The notes under the pieces: model-generated
The model's database searches: none
What the model saw: only the letters and a program-made list of their open reading frames with translations
Told to the model about the DNA's origin: nothing
Origin: Euglena gracilis
Lineage: Eukaryota
Direction: 5' to 3'
Assembly (NCBI GenBank): GCA_039621445.1
Contig: CP154954.1
Location: 42,153,572 to 42,217,571 of the forward strand
Length of the DNA: 64,000 bases
Position numbers and translations under genes: made by a program
In this document: piece after piece, positions 13,701 through 24,492 of the stretch
Layout of the letters: every line of letters begins with the position of its first letter
How positions within the stretch are numbered: the first letter of the stretch is position 1

Positions 13701-16700
13701 AGCGCCCTGTTTTGGGCAGAAGACCCATGGACTTTGGGTCAAAGCCGGCTAGAAAAAGTGGAAAAATCGAAAATTTTTTTGTGCCCGAAACGATGGTTTT
13801 TGGCTCCCCGACCCGGAAGGAAAAAAAAAGAAAAAAAAGAAAAAAAAAGTAAAAAAAAAACTGTTTTTTTTTTTTTTTTTTTGAGCCGAAAACGAGCGTT
13901 TTTCGACCCGCCAGCGCCCTGTTTCTGGCACAAAACACATGGATTTCAGTCAAAAGAGCTCCATGGGGTGTGCCGGTATGTATGGAGGGGTCAATGAAGG
14001 GGTGGTTGCGCGCTTATCAAGAGCTCAGCACTATTCAAAACCTGGTTAAATTTTTCGCAACCTGCAACCTGTGACCGGGGGGGGGGTCGTAACACCCCCA
14101 TGACCTGCAACCTGTGACCGGGGGGGTGTAGTAAATGCGGGATGGTTGTACGACAAGGGGGGGGGGGCGGGTAAATGAAAAAAGTCGCATTGCACCAATG
14201 GAAAAAGATGCATTACGGCTGGAGTTTCGAAGGGTGACTGCAAAACGTGCGAAAATTTCTGAAAAAGTGTGCAAATATGCAAATTGTGCAAATGTTTTTT
14301 TGGCATAATGTGTAGATACTTTTGAGATAAAATGCAAACAAATCCCCCCACTGCCCCAGGACCCAAACTTAAAAAACCCTTGGTCAGCATCCAGTCGCCC
14401 CCAGGGTTGGGTGGGCCTCCACGGGGGGGGGGGTTGCAACCCACTGTGGGGGGGGTTAATATGGAAGCCTGGATATTTTTTGGCACTTTGCGCAAGCAAG
14501 GGAGCAAGCGAACGCCACTTTTAGCAACTCATCGCCACCCCCCCCAGACATTCATTTAGTGTGGTTCACAAAAGACGTGTGAACCACAAATTTTTTTCTG
14601 GTGTCCACAGGTGAACCACAATTTTCTTTTTGGTGTCCACAGGTGAACCACAAAAAAAATTTTGGTGTCCACAGGTGAACCACAAAAATTTTTGTGGTGT
14701 CCACAAAAATAGATTGAGGATCGAAAAAAAATTACACCTAAAGGCGGATTGATCTTTAGACACCTCAGCCACATTGTGAGCCTTGGCCCCGGCTCAATCC
14801 ACGAAGCGTGGCAGTTGAAATTGGACAGATTGCTATCGAAAGTTCTCAAGCAGACCTGCTGTATAGACAACTTACCCAACAAGGATACCATCAAAAAGTT
14901 AAGTACTGGCGTCGATGAAGCGGAATTCTGCTTCATGGAAGCAGAAACACGCGACATTATCGTGGGGGCGTTGGCATGGCTGCGGACATTGGGAGCGTTC
15001 TGGGGCATTGTGGGATGTCAGTTGAGTGCCTCAATGCCTGAAAAAGTGCCTGAAAAATCGGCAATGTGCTTTGTTTTGAGGTAGGACCCGGAAAGCCACT
15101 TCATTGCTGTGGTGTCAGATCTTCAACTTGACCGTTCAATGAAAGACCACATTCAGTATAGTTTTCCATTCAGCAGGGTAAATGTCAGCCTCATTCTGGT
15201 TTTTGCAGTTTGGCACCATGAGATAGTTAAAAAGTATTATGTCAGCTGAGGAAGCGGACAACCGCTTCATATTTGCTCTGTTTTTTTTGGAGGTTTTACA
15301 CCAATGTCATGTCGAAATGTCCTTCCAGGTGAAGCACGGGGAAGTGAACAGAAGGTATGCATTGTTTCGCCTGTTCTACCCTTTGTAGATCGTGCAATTG
15401 TCTCCATGTGGTTTGACGTATTTGCATTATGCACTTTGGATAATGCCATTCAATTTCTGTTCAGTTTGTTCAGTTTCTGTTATCTTCAAAAATTTCATGA
15501 ATGTTAACGTTCTTCGTTGTTATTGGGATTGGAATATCGTTTGGTGATCATTGTTGATCATTTCAATTCATACTATTTCTTTTACGGATTCTTTCAAAGC
15601 GGTTTTCCGCTTCCTTTTTGGTGTGCAAACAATATGCACATTTTTACATTACATTCTGTATGATTCATTGTGTTCAGTTTTTGTTGCACATCTCCTGCTT
15701 TTGAAGCGGAATGCAATATTTACCGCTTCCATTTCTTAATTTTTCTGCTTCGTTCCTTCGGGGCCTACGGCAGTAGAAACAACGCTTGTTTTTGTCGGTT
15801 CCTCCTGTTCATATATTTTTTGATTGGTTTTGTTGATTTTACTAGAATTCGAAACTAAGTTGGACTTTTTAGGTCTGTTTTCGACTGTATAGGTCTCCTT
15901 CACTGTGAGCCAAATGTCCACCAGAGTTGGCCAAAATCAGAACCTTTTCAAAAAAAAATCGAAAAATATGACCCTTTTTTGGAAGTGGTTTTCCGCTTCC
16001 TCTTCTGTTTTTAGAACACCAGAATTTTTGGCCAACTTACGCCGCCTGAGTCAAATATGTTCAAAGAAGATTGCTTCATTGCTGTTAATGAGAAAGAAAA
16101 TGATGCAAATGTCAGCAGGCAGTGGGAAATTTTTTGGTGTCCACATATGAACCACAAATATTACTTTGGTGTCCACAGGTGAACCACAAAAAAAATTTTG
16201 GTGTCCACAAATGAACCACAAAAAATTTTTTGGTGTCCACAGGTGAACCACAAAATTTTTTGTGGTGTCCACAATGAACCACAAAATGACAACCTTGGTG
16301 TACCACACTAAATGAATGTCTGACCCCCCCCCACCGCATGGTGGAGGGGCACAGCCACCCCCCATGCACCAACCAGGGTTTTTTTTTAAGACTGGGGGGG
16401 GAGTGGGATCCCCACCCACCCACCCCCTGGGGGGGGGGGTCCGGGGGACCCACAAAAAATGGCCGAAAATAGAGAAAAGTGCCAAAAATACCATTTTTGT
16501 GCGCCTTTGGCGCCGAAAAGTATATCCCACCCCCCTCCGGGGGGACCCCCCCCCCGGGGGGTGCTCGGCCAGACCCACCCGCCCTACCCCCCCCCCGGGG
16601 GGTCCACGACTAAAAAAAACCCTGGCACCAACCCCAGAGCCCCCATTGAAAGAAAGATATGAGGAGAAAACAGGGGGTGACGAACACACCGGCGCAAACA

Positions 16701-19700
16701 GGCACCACGGGCACAATGGCACGCGGTGCCCGTTCACGTCCGTCTCTTGCAGCCCGAAGCGGTGGTGGTGTGGCCACGCGCTTAATTTGTATATAATTTT
16801 GTTTTATTTTCTGAGTCTCTTTAACTTTTCGAAACTTCAGGCGCGACCGACATCAAGCTTCATAAATTCCTGTGTGAATGGGACTCAGGGGTCTTCCCAG
16901 GTTAAAAGAACCCAAACCAAAACCAAAACAAAATGAGCTTGGGGTGGAAATCCAAACCAGGGGGGCCAGGGCAACACCTTCAGACCCGACTCATTATTTG
17001 GATTTTGTTTAACAAAGCAAATAAGCGCGTGGGCGGCAGCGAGCACAGAGGGAGGAGTCGGCCACCGCGTGCAGCATCTGGATGCGCTTCGCGGTGGCCT
17101 CCTCCTCCGTCTCGACAATCCACCAATACTCACCGGCAGGCTGAGTATTGGTGGAAGGCTGCAATGAAGAGCTGTTCTTTCTCAAAGAGGGTCTTCAACA
17201 GGGACAGCAATGGAGGTGTCCTCCCCCTGCAGCTTTTGTGGATTTGGAAGGCACCCAGGGGGAAAAACCCTCACCATATGAAAACCCTCACACTCGCCAT
17301 ATTTCATCATCTTTGACCCTTTCTTCAAAACTCCAAAATTGTGTCAAATCAAACAACACCCAGCCTGCTCGAGGAGTTGGCGGATTCCACGGTAGGGGGC
17401 GGTGATGGGGCCGAAGAGCCAGTCGATCCAGGTCGGGGCAGGGTGCAGCTGGCGGTGCCCCCAGGACCCACTGGAGCGAAGGGGGCTGGGGCTGGGGTTT
17501 GACATACGGACAGGTGGGAGCTGGGGGTTAGACCGGGGGGGATCCCACCAAACAGTGGCGCGGTCTGGTGAGCGATCCGGCCCGGCGCAAAGCGCCAGGC
17601 TGAAAATGTTGCCCCTTCCCCAAAATCGGCCGAACGTGTTTCTTCCGGCACTTTTGGGCAAAATTTCTCAAACACACCAAAAATTGCCAAAAGTAACCCA
17701 TAGAAATGGAAAATTTTGACTTTGGGGGGACCCCCCCCCCCGGTCGATCCGGACTCCCTTGGCGGTGTCCGAACCCCTGATTCAGCAGGGGCAAGGATGA
17801 GTCTTGGTCTTGTATTCTTGGGGGGGTACCAAGAGTGACCCAAGATTCTTGCCCCCCCACCCAAGACCCAAGATCTTGGGTGCAGGCAATGCGAATGTGA
17901 AGAAACAAGATGCTCAACACCAAGTCTTGGCCCTTGCCATCACATGCATGATTATTTCCAATTGCTTCAATATTTCAAGGGTGTTCAGGCATGGCACACG
18001 GAGGCTCCTCCAAAAATAAGATTTGCCCTCACAACCAATGGATACGTTCAATAATCTCATCCGGTTCAAGGTCCCCCCATCCACCAGGAGGAAAACGTTC
18101 TTACTGCGCAACCTGAAAAGATATTTTTGCATGCACGGTAAAAATGAAAAAAATACCTTCGCAAAAGAACATTCTCTGCATTACTCTTGAGCGTTTCGGT
18201 TGCGGATGCTAATTCATTTCGATCCATCTTCCGTGGGATTTGAACGCCGAAGGCGTCACGGAAGGACTCATCATCCACCAATTGGTAAGGAAGCCCATTT
18301 TGTGCAAACGCAAGGACAACTTTTTCCCTTTGTTGGCGATCAACTTCGTCCTTCATTCCGAAAGCACGAATGTCCATTTGACCTGAACCCTGTTCTTCTG
18401 CAGATCCCTCAACCGAGGCAAACTCCTTGCGGTGCACATCACGGATGTGAATACGCAATCCATTTGTGGAGAAATTGGTTGCCTTGATAATCTGATTACA
18501 AGGAACTTTGGTGAGGGCACCATCAACATTTGCATCAATTTCCAATGTACACTTGTACAACTGGCCTTTCCAAGTCGCAGGTAAATCAGGCAAGGTCGTC
18601 TTATCAACGGCTTTGTAGAACTTCTTGAACACAGCCATGATAATGAGAAACCTTCTGTGACGAAAAAATTTTTCGGCCGGGGTCCCAAGACCCAAGAATC
18701 TTGTCATTCTTGGGTACCCCCCCAAGAAGCAAGATCTTGGGGGGGTACCCAAGACCCAAGACTCATCCTTGGCAGGGGCAGGGGACCCCTCCACCATACC
18801 CCCATACACCCTCTGTATATCAAACTCTGGGCTGGGGCCACACATCACCTTGCGCGGCCCTGGCCCAAAATGTGTGACAAAATGATTCTTCAAAACCCTC
18901 AGGGGCAAGGGGGGGACCCAGTGGAGGTCTCAAAAAAAAAGCCACCCCGCGACTCCCCCCCCTGTTGCAGCCACTGGGCTGCATGGGAGCGACATCCCCA
19001 CCCCATCGCAGTGTGGGGGGGTTCGACCCAACCAGGATTATTTCCCTCCCCCTCCTCTGAGGGTGTGGTTATGTTCCAATTTTTTGGAAAATAATGTGGT
19101 TCTGGTGATGGGTCATGGCATTGCTTGCAACCATAAAGCATTGCTTGGGGGAAACAGGGTCAATTTCCATCCCCCCCCCCCCGGCCGCTCAGGCCCAAAA
19201 ATCAATGTGTTTTGGGCTTTTTTTTGCCATTTTCTGGACCTCTTTTTGACCATTTCTGGCCAACCCACCAGGGGAGGAGGGGCACAAAACCGGGAAAAAA
19301 ACCACTCACTAACTGAGCACCACCCAGTGGGTCCTGTGTGGCGGACGCGCTCCTGCCGGGAGGCCTCCTGGTCCGCCTGCCGAACGGCGTCGGCGGTGAC
19401 GACGTTGGCGGCGATGGGGACCTGCGGAAGAAAAAAAAGAACAAATACTGAGGCTGAGAAACATTTTGAGGAGTTTCAGGGTTTTGGGGGGTTGCCTGAA
19501 ATTCACAAACATGGGGAACCTGGGAGCCAACCCCCCTCTACCCAGCCCAGCACAGGACAGGGGGTTCTTTTTTAAGTTGCAGGAGGGTCCGGCCGAGCCC
19601 CCCGGCCGAGCCCCCCCCCCCCCGGGGAATTATGTCATTGCTGATCGACCGGGGGGGGGAGGGGGTCACTTTCCACTTTCAAAAAACCAGTCAATCATTT

Positions 19701-22700
19701 TTCAAAACCCAGCCACCCACTTCCCCCCCCCCACCTGGCCGGGGTCAGTCACTTTGGCCACTCGGCAATCTGGCCCCGAAAATCACTCCCCCCAGGCCCC
19801 GATTTACACCAAATAAATTGCCAACATTTCACCATTGTGGGTTGTTGACCAGCAGTGGTTCTGAGTGGGGAATTTGGGGGTGGGGAACCCAGCTGACCTG
19901 GTCCCGGGGGCTGGTCGCACTTGGTCGAACCCAGCTGACCTGGGCCAAAAAAAAAGGCCAAAAATCAAATCGAAGAGATTTTGGTCAATTATTTCCAGCA
20001 ATGGACCAAAAAGGCCCGAGAGCATCATTGAGGGGGGTGGGGCATTCTTCAGTGCAAAATGGCTTGCCAGTGGACCCTCCCCCAGAGTCCTTTCGCAATG
20101 GCCTGCCCAGAAAATATCCATTTCAAAATTTTAACATTTGTCAGAAAAGGAAAAGACAAACCAGGGGGGGGAATGCGCTGGACGGCCCTCGGAACAATGC
20201 GCAAAAATGCGCAAAAAAAATGCGCAAAAAATGCGCTGAGTTTGTGACATTCCAAAGGAAAAGGACTTGGAAAAAATTCCAACAATAAACCCAAAGTTAA
20301 ACCAAAATCATCAAAAAGAGCTGAAATGAAGGCAAAAAATGCATGACCAAGGCGTCACTCTCCGTTCACCATAACCAACAACCAAAATGGCAAAATGTGC
20401 AAAATTGGGCAAAAAATGCGCAAAAATGGAAAATGTGCAAAATTGGGCAAAAAATGCGCAAAAAAAACAAAAAGTGGAGAATGTGCAAAAATGGGGGGAA
20501 AATGTGCAAAAAAATGCGCAAAAATGTGCGAATGCGCATTGTTTGAAAAATGACAAAAAATGCGCAAAAAAATGCGGAAAAATGCGCAGCGCATTCCCCC
20601 CCCCCCCTGGACGAACCCAGCCATGCACAAAAATTGACAAATTTTTCATTGATAAAAAATATGGGGCCAAGACTCCTCGAGCCACTACCCCAAGCCAATG
20701 GGGTGAAAGAAAGAGTGGGAATCAGACAAAAAAATGGGGAGAGGGTGGAGATGATGTAAACCCCCCCAAATAACGCCCCCCCCGTTGTGCTATTTGGGCA
20801 CGCGAACTGGGCCCCCAGGGGGGGGGGGTGTTATTTGGGGGGGGTGCTATTTTCACATGGAAAACCAAAGGGAAACAGGGGGGGTGTTACTTGGGCGCTC
20901 GAAATCGGCCCCCGAGGGGGGGGATGTTATTTGGGGGGGTGTTATTTTGGGGGTGGGTACCCTCACCCCCCTCAAACTTTGGGGGGGTGAGGGTAATAAC
21001 CCCCCCCAAATAACACCCCCCCCCCCTCGGGGGCCGATTTCTTATGCAAAAAATGCAAAAAAATGCAAAAAAATGCAAAAAAATGCAAATTTCGGGAAAA
21101 GCTGATTATGCAAAAAAAAATGCAAATTATGCAAGTTGCATTCCCCCCCTCCCGCTCAAAGTGGCCACCCCAAAGTGGCCAAAATTTTTGGCATTGGTTT
21201 CCCCCCCTCAAAGTGGAGGGCAGCCACATTGGGGGAGGGAGGGAGGGGGAAAGAGGGGCAAACCCGGCGGGCGAGGAGGAGCACGACGGCGGCAGAGATG
21301 GCGGCCACGGCCCGCGCTGCCCAGCTGGCTGGGGTGGGGCTGGGGCGTGGAGGCTGTTTGGCTGGGCGGCGGTGCTGGAGGCGTTCCGCTGGGGCTGTGG
21401 GGGCGGCGACGGTGCGTTGTCGGCGGTGATGTTGTCGACGACGTTGGTGTGAGGGGTGACGTTGGGGGGCTGGAAACGGACGGGGATGAAGCTGCTTGGA
21501 ATCAGAGGTTTTTGAGCGCCAGGGGGCACCCTCTGGGCACTGTTGGACCCCAAAATGGCCACTCTGGGGGGTGGGGGGGTCAAATTTTGGACTTCGGCGC
21601 CAAAAGAAAACGGCCCTTCAAGTTGGTGGGTAAACCAAAATTTGCAAAAAAATTGGCCACTTTGAGGGGGGTGAGGGTATGGGGGTATGGGGGCCGCATA
21701 CCCCCCCCCCATCATCCCCCTCCGGTTTACCGGAACCCAACCCACTTTTCCCCTGAAAAGGCCAAGAAAATCGCGAAAATGCTGAAAACAGCATTTCTCA
21801 AAAATTTTCGGCGCCGAAAATGCATCCCCCCCCCCCCGCTGGGGACCCCCCTGGGGGGGTTGGCCGGACCCATCCACCCTTCTCCCAGGCGTCCAAGACT
21901 TAAAAAAAAAAACCACCTGCCCCCCCCCCGTCCTGAACCACCCCCTATGTATTATTGGCACACTCGGTACTGATTTCTTTTGCTGAATTGCTTTTCAGAA
22001 ATCAGCGTTTGACAGGACAAAAACTAATTGCATGAAATGTGCACCCACGGCTGGCAAGAACATTTCAACCCTGTCAATTTTTTTTGGCCAGCACCGCCAA
22101 AAAAAATTGCCCAAAGGTCTCAAAAATAATTGCACTGTGCCCTCAAATATATTTGCACTCTGTCATTTTACATTTGCTCAATGAAAAAAAACCTGATATT
22201 GGACGATGGAAAAATATCCATGCCGGTTGAAGTTTCAAAGGGGGCAAATACTTTGGGGATAAGGTGCAAACATTTTTGAGACAAAATTCAAACAAGTTGG
22301 TGGCGGAAATGCAAAAGTATATGGTCTGAAGTGGAAAAATTCAGTTGTTATTTTCCAACAAAAATTTTTCCAACAAAAAAGAAAGACTGAAACTTGTTCA
22401 GCAACCGCTTAAGGCAGCCTCAGAAGGGGGCAGTGGAAGTGTATAAGAAGCTGGGAGTGCGGAAGGCCATTTGAGGCTCGCTGAGACCACACCATTGCTC
22501 GGCAGGTGGGGGGGTCACTTTCCACCATGAAAGAACCAGTCGGTCACTTTGCCCCCCCCCAAAAACCAGTCACCCATCGGGCATGGGCCACTCTTAAATG
22601 ATGAGGAGCCAATGAAATTTTGCCAAAAAGTCTCAGAAAATCCAAAAAAAAGTTCCCGCAACTTCGGCGCCAGGCCAGCCACTTTTCATTTTCGGGCCTG

Positions 22701-23813
22701 CCCCACCCCGGGGGGGGGGGGCATTCTTGGCCAGAAAACCAGTCAGTCACGGGGGGTGGGGTGGGACAGGTGTTAAGCAATGGTATGGCTGAGGGGCTCT
22801 GGCTGGGGCTCATCGAGGGGCTCTGGCTCGGGCTCGCCGAGGGGCTCGGGCTCGGGCTCGCCGAGGGGCTCTGGCTCGGGCTTGTCGAGGGGCTCTGGCT
22901 CGGGCTCGCCGAGGGGCTCTGGCTCGGGCTTGTCGAGGGGCTCTGGCTCGGGCTTGTCGAGGGGCTCTGGCTCGGGCTTGTCGAGGGGCTCTGGCTCGGG
23001 CTTGTCGAGGGGCTCTGGCTCGGGCTTGTCGAGGGGCTCTGGCTCGGGCTCGCCGAGGGGCTCTGGCTCGGGCTCGCCGAGGGGCTCTGGCTCGGGCTTG
23101 TCGAGGGGCTCTGGCTCGGGCTCGCCGAGGGGCTCTGGCTCGGGCTTGTCGAGGGGCTCTGGCTCGGGCTTGTCGAGGGGCTCTGGCTCGGGCTCGCCGA
23201 GGGGCTCGGGCTCGGGCTCGCCGAGGGGCTCTGGCTCGGGCTTGTCGAGGGGCTCTGGCTCGGGCTTGTCAAGGGGCTCTGGCTCGGGCCCGCCGAGGGG
23301 CTCGGGCTGGGGCTCGCCGAGGGGCTCTGGCTCGGGCTCGCCGAGGGGCTCTGGCTCGGGCTCGCCGAGGGGCTCTGGCTCAGGCTTGTCGAGGGGCTCT
23401 GGCTCGGGCTCGCCGAGGGGCTCTGGCTCCGGCTTGTCAAGGGGCTCTGGCTCGGGCTTGTCAAGGGGCTCTGGCTCGGGGTCAGTGAGGGGCTGTGGCT
23501 GGGGCTCATTGAGGGGCTCGGCCTCAGCAAGAGGCTCTGGCTCCGGCTCGTCTTGGGGCTGTGGCTCAGCTTCGGCCTCATCGAGGGGCTGTGGCTTGGC
23601 CTCGTCGAGGGCCAGGGGCTCATGCTCAGCAAGAGACTCTGGCTCCTGCTCATGGAGGGACTCTGGCTCGGGCTGGGCCTCGTCGAGGTGCTCTGGCTCC
23701 GGCTCGTCGAGGGGTTGGCCGAGGAGCTCTGGCTGCGGCTCGTCGAGGGGCTGGGGCTCCGGCTCAGCAAGAGGCTTTGGCTCCGGCTCGCCGAGGGGCT
23801 CTGGCTGGGCCAC
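4734..23813 (-). CDS. Multi-exon gene: Ser/Pro-rich mucin-like stalk plus multi-pass membrane domain (putative surface receptor/adhesin)
   Basis: Hand-spliced exons: 22791-23813, 22414-22482, 21368-21497, 21264-21317, 19324-19421, 17360-17470, 17157-17226, 17035-17116, 16690-16769, 10526-10597, 10067-10128, ~9379-9525, ~8750-8856, 8288-8386, 7091-7184, 6145-6242, 4875-4919, ~4734-4808. Most junctions join in frame, giving e.g. [128 protein letters not shown]. Start, end and the two junctions around 8.4-9.4 kb are uncertain. Confidence 0.7.
5342..6133. mobile_element. TA-flanked MITE (TAACCCCC..AAATAAT termini) containing a nested insertion
   Basis: Inverted ends ccccaaataat / attatttggggg; a related copy without the nested insert lies at ~26990-27320. 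Confidence 0.7.
5494..5866. mobile_element. hAT-like MITE family A copy
   Basis: TIR CAGGGTTTGATATAAGGA / TCCTTATATCAAACCCTG. Flanks aacccc(cc) resemble a TSD. Near-identical copy at 10958-11339 and a diverged copy at ~17494-17779. Confidence 0.8.
7998..8235. mobile_element. hAT-like MITE family B copy
   Basis: Begins CAGGGTTTTTTTTTAAG and ends CTG; homologous to 16374-16624 and 43066-43332. Confidence 0.65.
9526..10066 (-). other. Non-conventional intron
   Basis: acgCAGGGCGGCGCA ... TGCGCTGCCCCTGccgca; removal joins GW-T|ISPIG in frame. Confidence 0.8.
10958..11339. mobile_element. hAT-like MITE family A copy
   Basis: TIR CAGGGTTCGATATAAGGAG / CTCCTTATATCGAACCCTG; flanks G(C)n on both sides. 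Confidence 0.8.
11780..13950. repeat. Two adjacent tandem arrays: ~220-230-bp unit x~3, then ~115-220-bp unit x~9
   Basis: AAATCAAAGGAAATGTCCGGAGACCT recurs at ~11821, 12038, 12266; the CGACCCGCCAGCGCCCCGTTTTGGG core recurs nine times between 12552 and 13904. Confidence 0.9.
14545..16322. mobile_element. Non-autonomous hAT-type DNA transposon (1778 bp)
   Basis: 21-bp TIR CAGACATTCATTTAGTGTGGT / ACCACACTAAATGAATGTCTG, exact 8-bp TSD ACCCCCCC, and subterminal GGTGTCCACAGGTGAACCAC arrays at both ends. Confidence 0.9.
16374..16624. mobile_element. hAT-like MITE family B copy
   Basis: TIR CAGGGTTTTTTTT / AAAAAAAACCCTG with exact 8-bp TSD GCACCAAC (16366-16373, 16625-16632). Confidence 0.9.
16770..17034 (-). 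other. Non-conventional intron with CAC/GTG stem
   Basis: gccCACGCGCTTA ... TAAGCGCGTGgccac; removal joins LCARC|HHHRFG in frame. Confidence 0.8.
17117..17156 (-). other. 40-nt hairpin mini-intron
   Basis: Perfect 14-bp stem TCCACCAATACTCA / TGAGTATTGGTGGA; removal deletes an in-frame TGA and joins EQLFIAA|VETEEEA. Confidence 0.7.
17792..18771. mobile_element. Internally deleted hAT transposon inside a host GT-AG intron
   Basis: 16-bp TIR CAAGGATGAGTCTTGG / CCAAGACTCATCCTTG, flanking repeat GCAGGGG(C), subterminal ACCCAAGA repeats and a transposase fragment inside. Confidence 0.85.
17914..18638 (-). pseudogene. Truncated hAT-family transposase (BED zinc finger and first catalytic Asp) with a 44-nt GT-AG intron at 18113-18156
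   Basis: YKCT...VPCNQII...[13 protein letters not shown] (BED-like); [22 protein letters not shown] (hAT N-terminal motif); after splicing [18 protein letters not shown] (D-x-W/G-T motif). Stops before the remaining catalytic residues. Confidence 0.8.
20162..20609. mobile_element. CAG...CTG MITE filled with AAAATG(C/T)GC repeats
   Basis: [21 protein letters not shown] / AGCGCATTCCCCCCCCCCCCTG; flanks gacaaac(c) / gacgaacc. Confidence 0.75.
22483..22790 (-). other. Non-conventional intron
   Basis: agcCATACCATTGCT ... AGCAATGGTGTGgtctc; 8-mers outside the stem GCTGAGAC / GCTGAGGG (6/8); in-frame join. Confidence 0.8.
22791..23813 (-). CDS. Exon of 24-bp tandem repeats encoding (SPSQSPS[T/A])n
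   Basis: About 40 copies, degenerating toward 23813. The frame is supported because removing intron 22483-22790 joins SPSQSPS to [10 protein letters not shown] and the downstream exons in frame. Confidence 0.75.
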
Positions 23814-23864
23814 ATGGGCAGGGGTGGCATTGGGGAGTGCCAGCCAAGGGGAAAGGGAAGTGAT

Positions 23865-24492
23865 TAGGTTGGGGAGGGAGAGTCTACAAGGGGGTGGGAG
23901 GGCGTACCCAAGTCTAGGGGGAGGGGAGGGGAGGGCGTAGCGGAGGGGAGGGGAGGGGAGTGCGAGTCTAAGGGGAGGGGAGGGGAGGGCGTAGCGGAGG
24001 GGAGGGGAGGGGAGGGAGAGTCTAAGGGGAGGGGAGGAGAGGGCGTAGCGGAGGGGAGGGGAGGGGAGGGCAAGTCTAGAGGGAGGGGAGGGGAGGGCGT
24101 AGCGGAGGGGAGGGGAGGGGAGGGCGAGTCTAGAGGGAGGGGAGGGGAGGGCGTAGCGGAGGGGAGGGGAGGGGAGGGCGAGTCTAAGGGGAGGGGAGGG
24201 GAGGGCGCAGCGGAGGGGAGGGGAGGGGAGGGCAAGTCGAGAGGGGGGGGCGGGGGGGGCGGAGCGGAGGGGAGGGGAGGGCGAGTCTAAGGGGAGGGGA
24301 GGAGAGGGCGCAGCGGAGGGGAGGGGAGGGGAGGGGAGGGCGAGTCTAGAGGAGGGGAGGGCGTAGCGGAGGGGAGGGGAGGGGAGGGCAAGTCTAGGGG
24401 GAGGGGAGGGGAGTGCGCAGCGGAGGGGAGGGGAGGGGAGGGCAAGTCTAAAGGGAGGGGAGGGGAGGGAGCGTCGAAGAGGGGGGAGGGGG
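23865..24492. repeat. Purine-rich minisatellite (~53-bp unit of GGGGA runs punctuated by AGTCTA and GCGTAGCG)
   Basis: About 11 copies visible; strongly G/A-biased on the plus strand. Confidence 0.9.

Larger units (their letters stand above)
10942..14173. mobile_element. Outer TA-flanked TIR element hosting two nested insertions
   Basis: Left end TACCCGCCCC[insert 10958-11339]CCCCTTGTCGTACGACC is the inverse of GGTTGTACGACAAGGGGGGGGGGGCGGGTA at the right end; subterminal GCAACCTGTGACC repeats occur at both ends. Confidence 0.7.

Noticed and set aside
12450-13950. Regularly spaced conserved motif resembling a CRISPR array
   Set aside because: The intervening sequences are homologous to each other rather than unique spacers; eukaryotic context and no cas genes.
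14560-14705. Short palindromic repeats GGTGTCCACAGGTGAACCAC that look CRISPR- or iteron-like
   Set aside because: They are subterminal repeats of the hAT element and recur at its other end.
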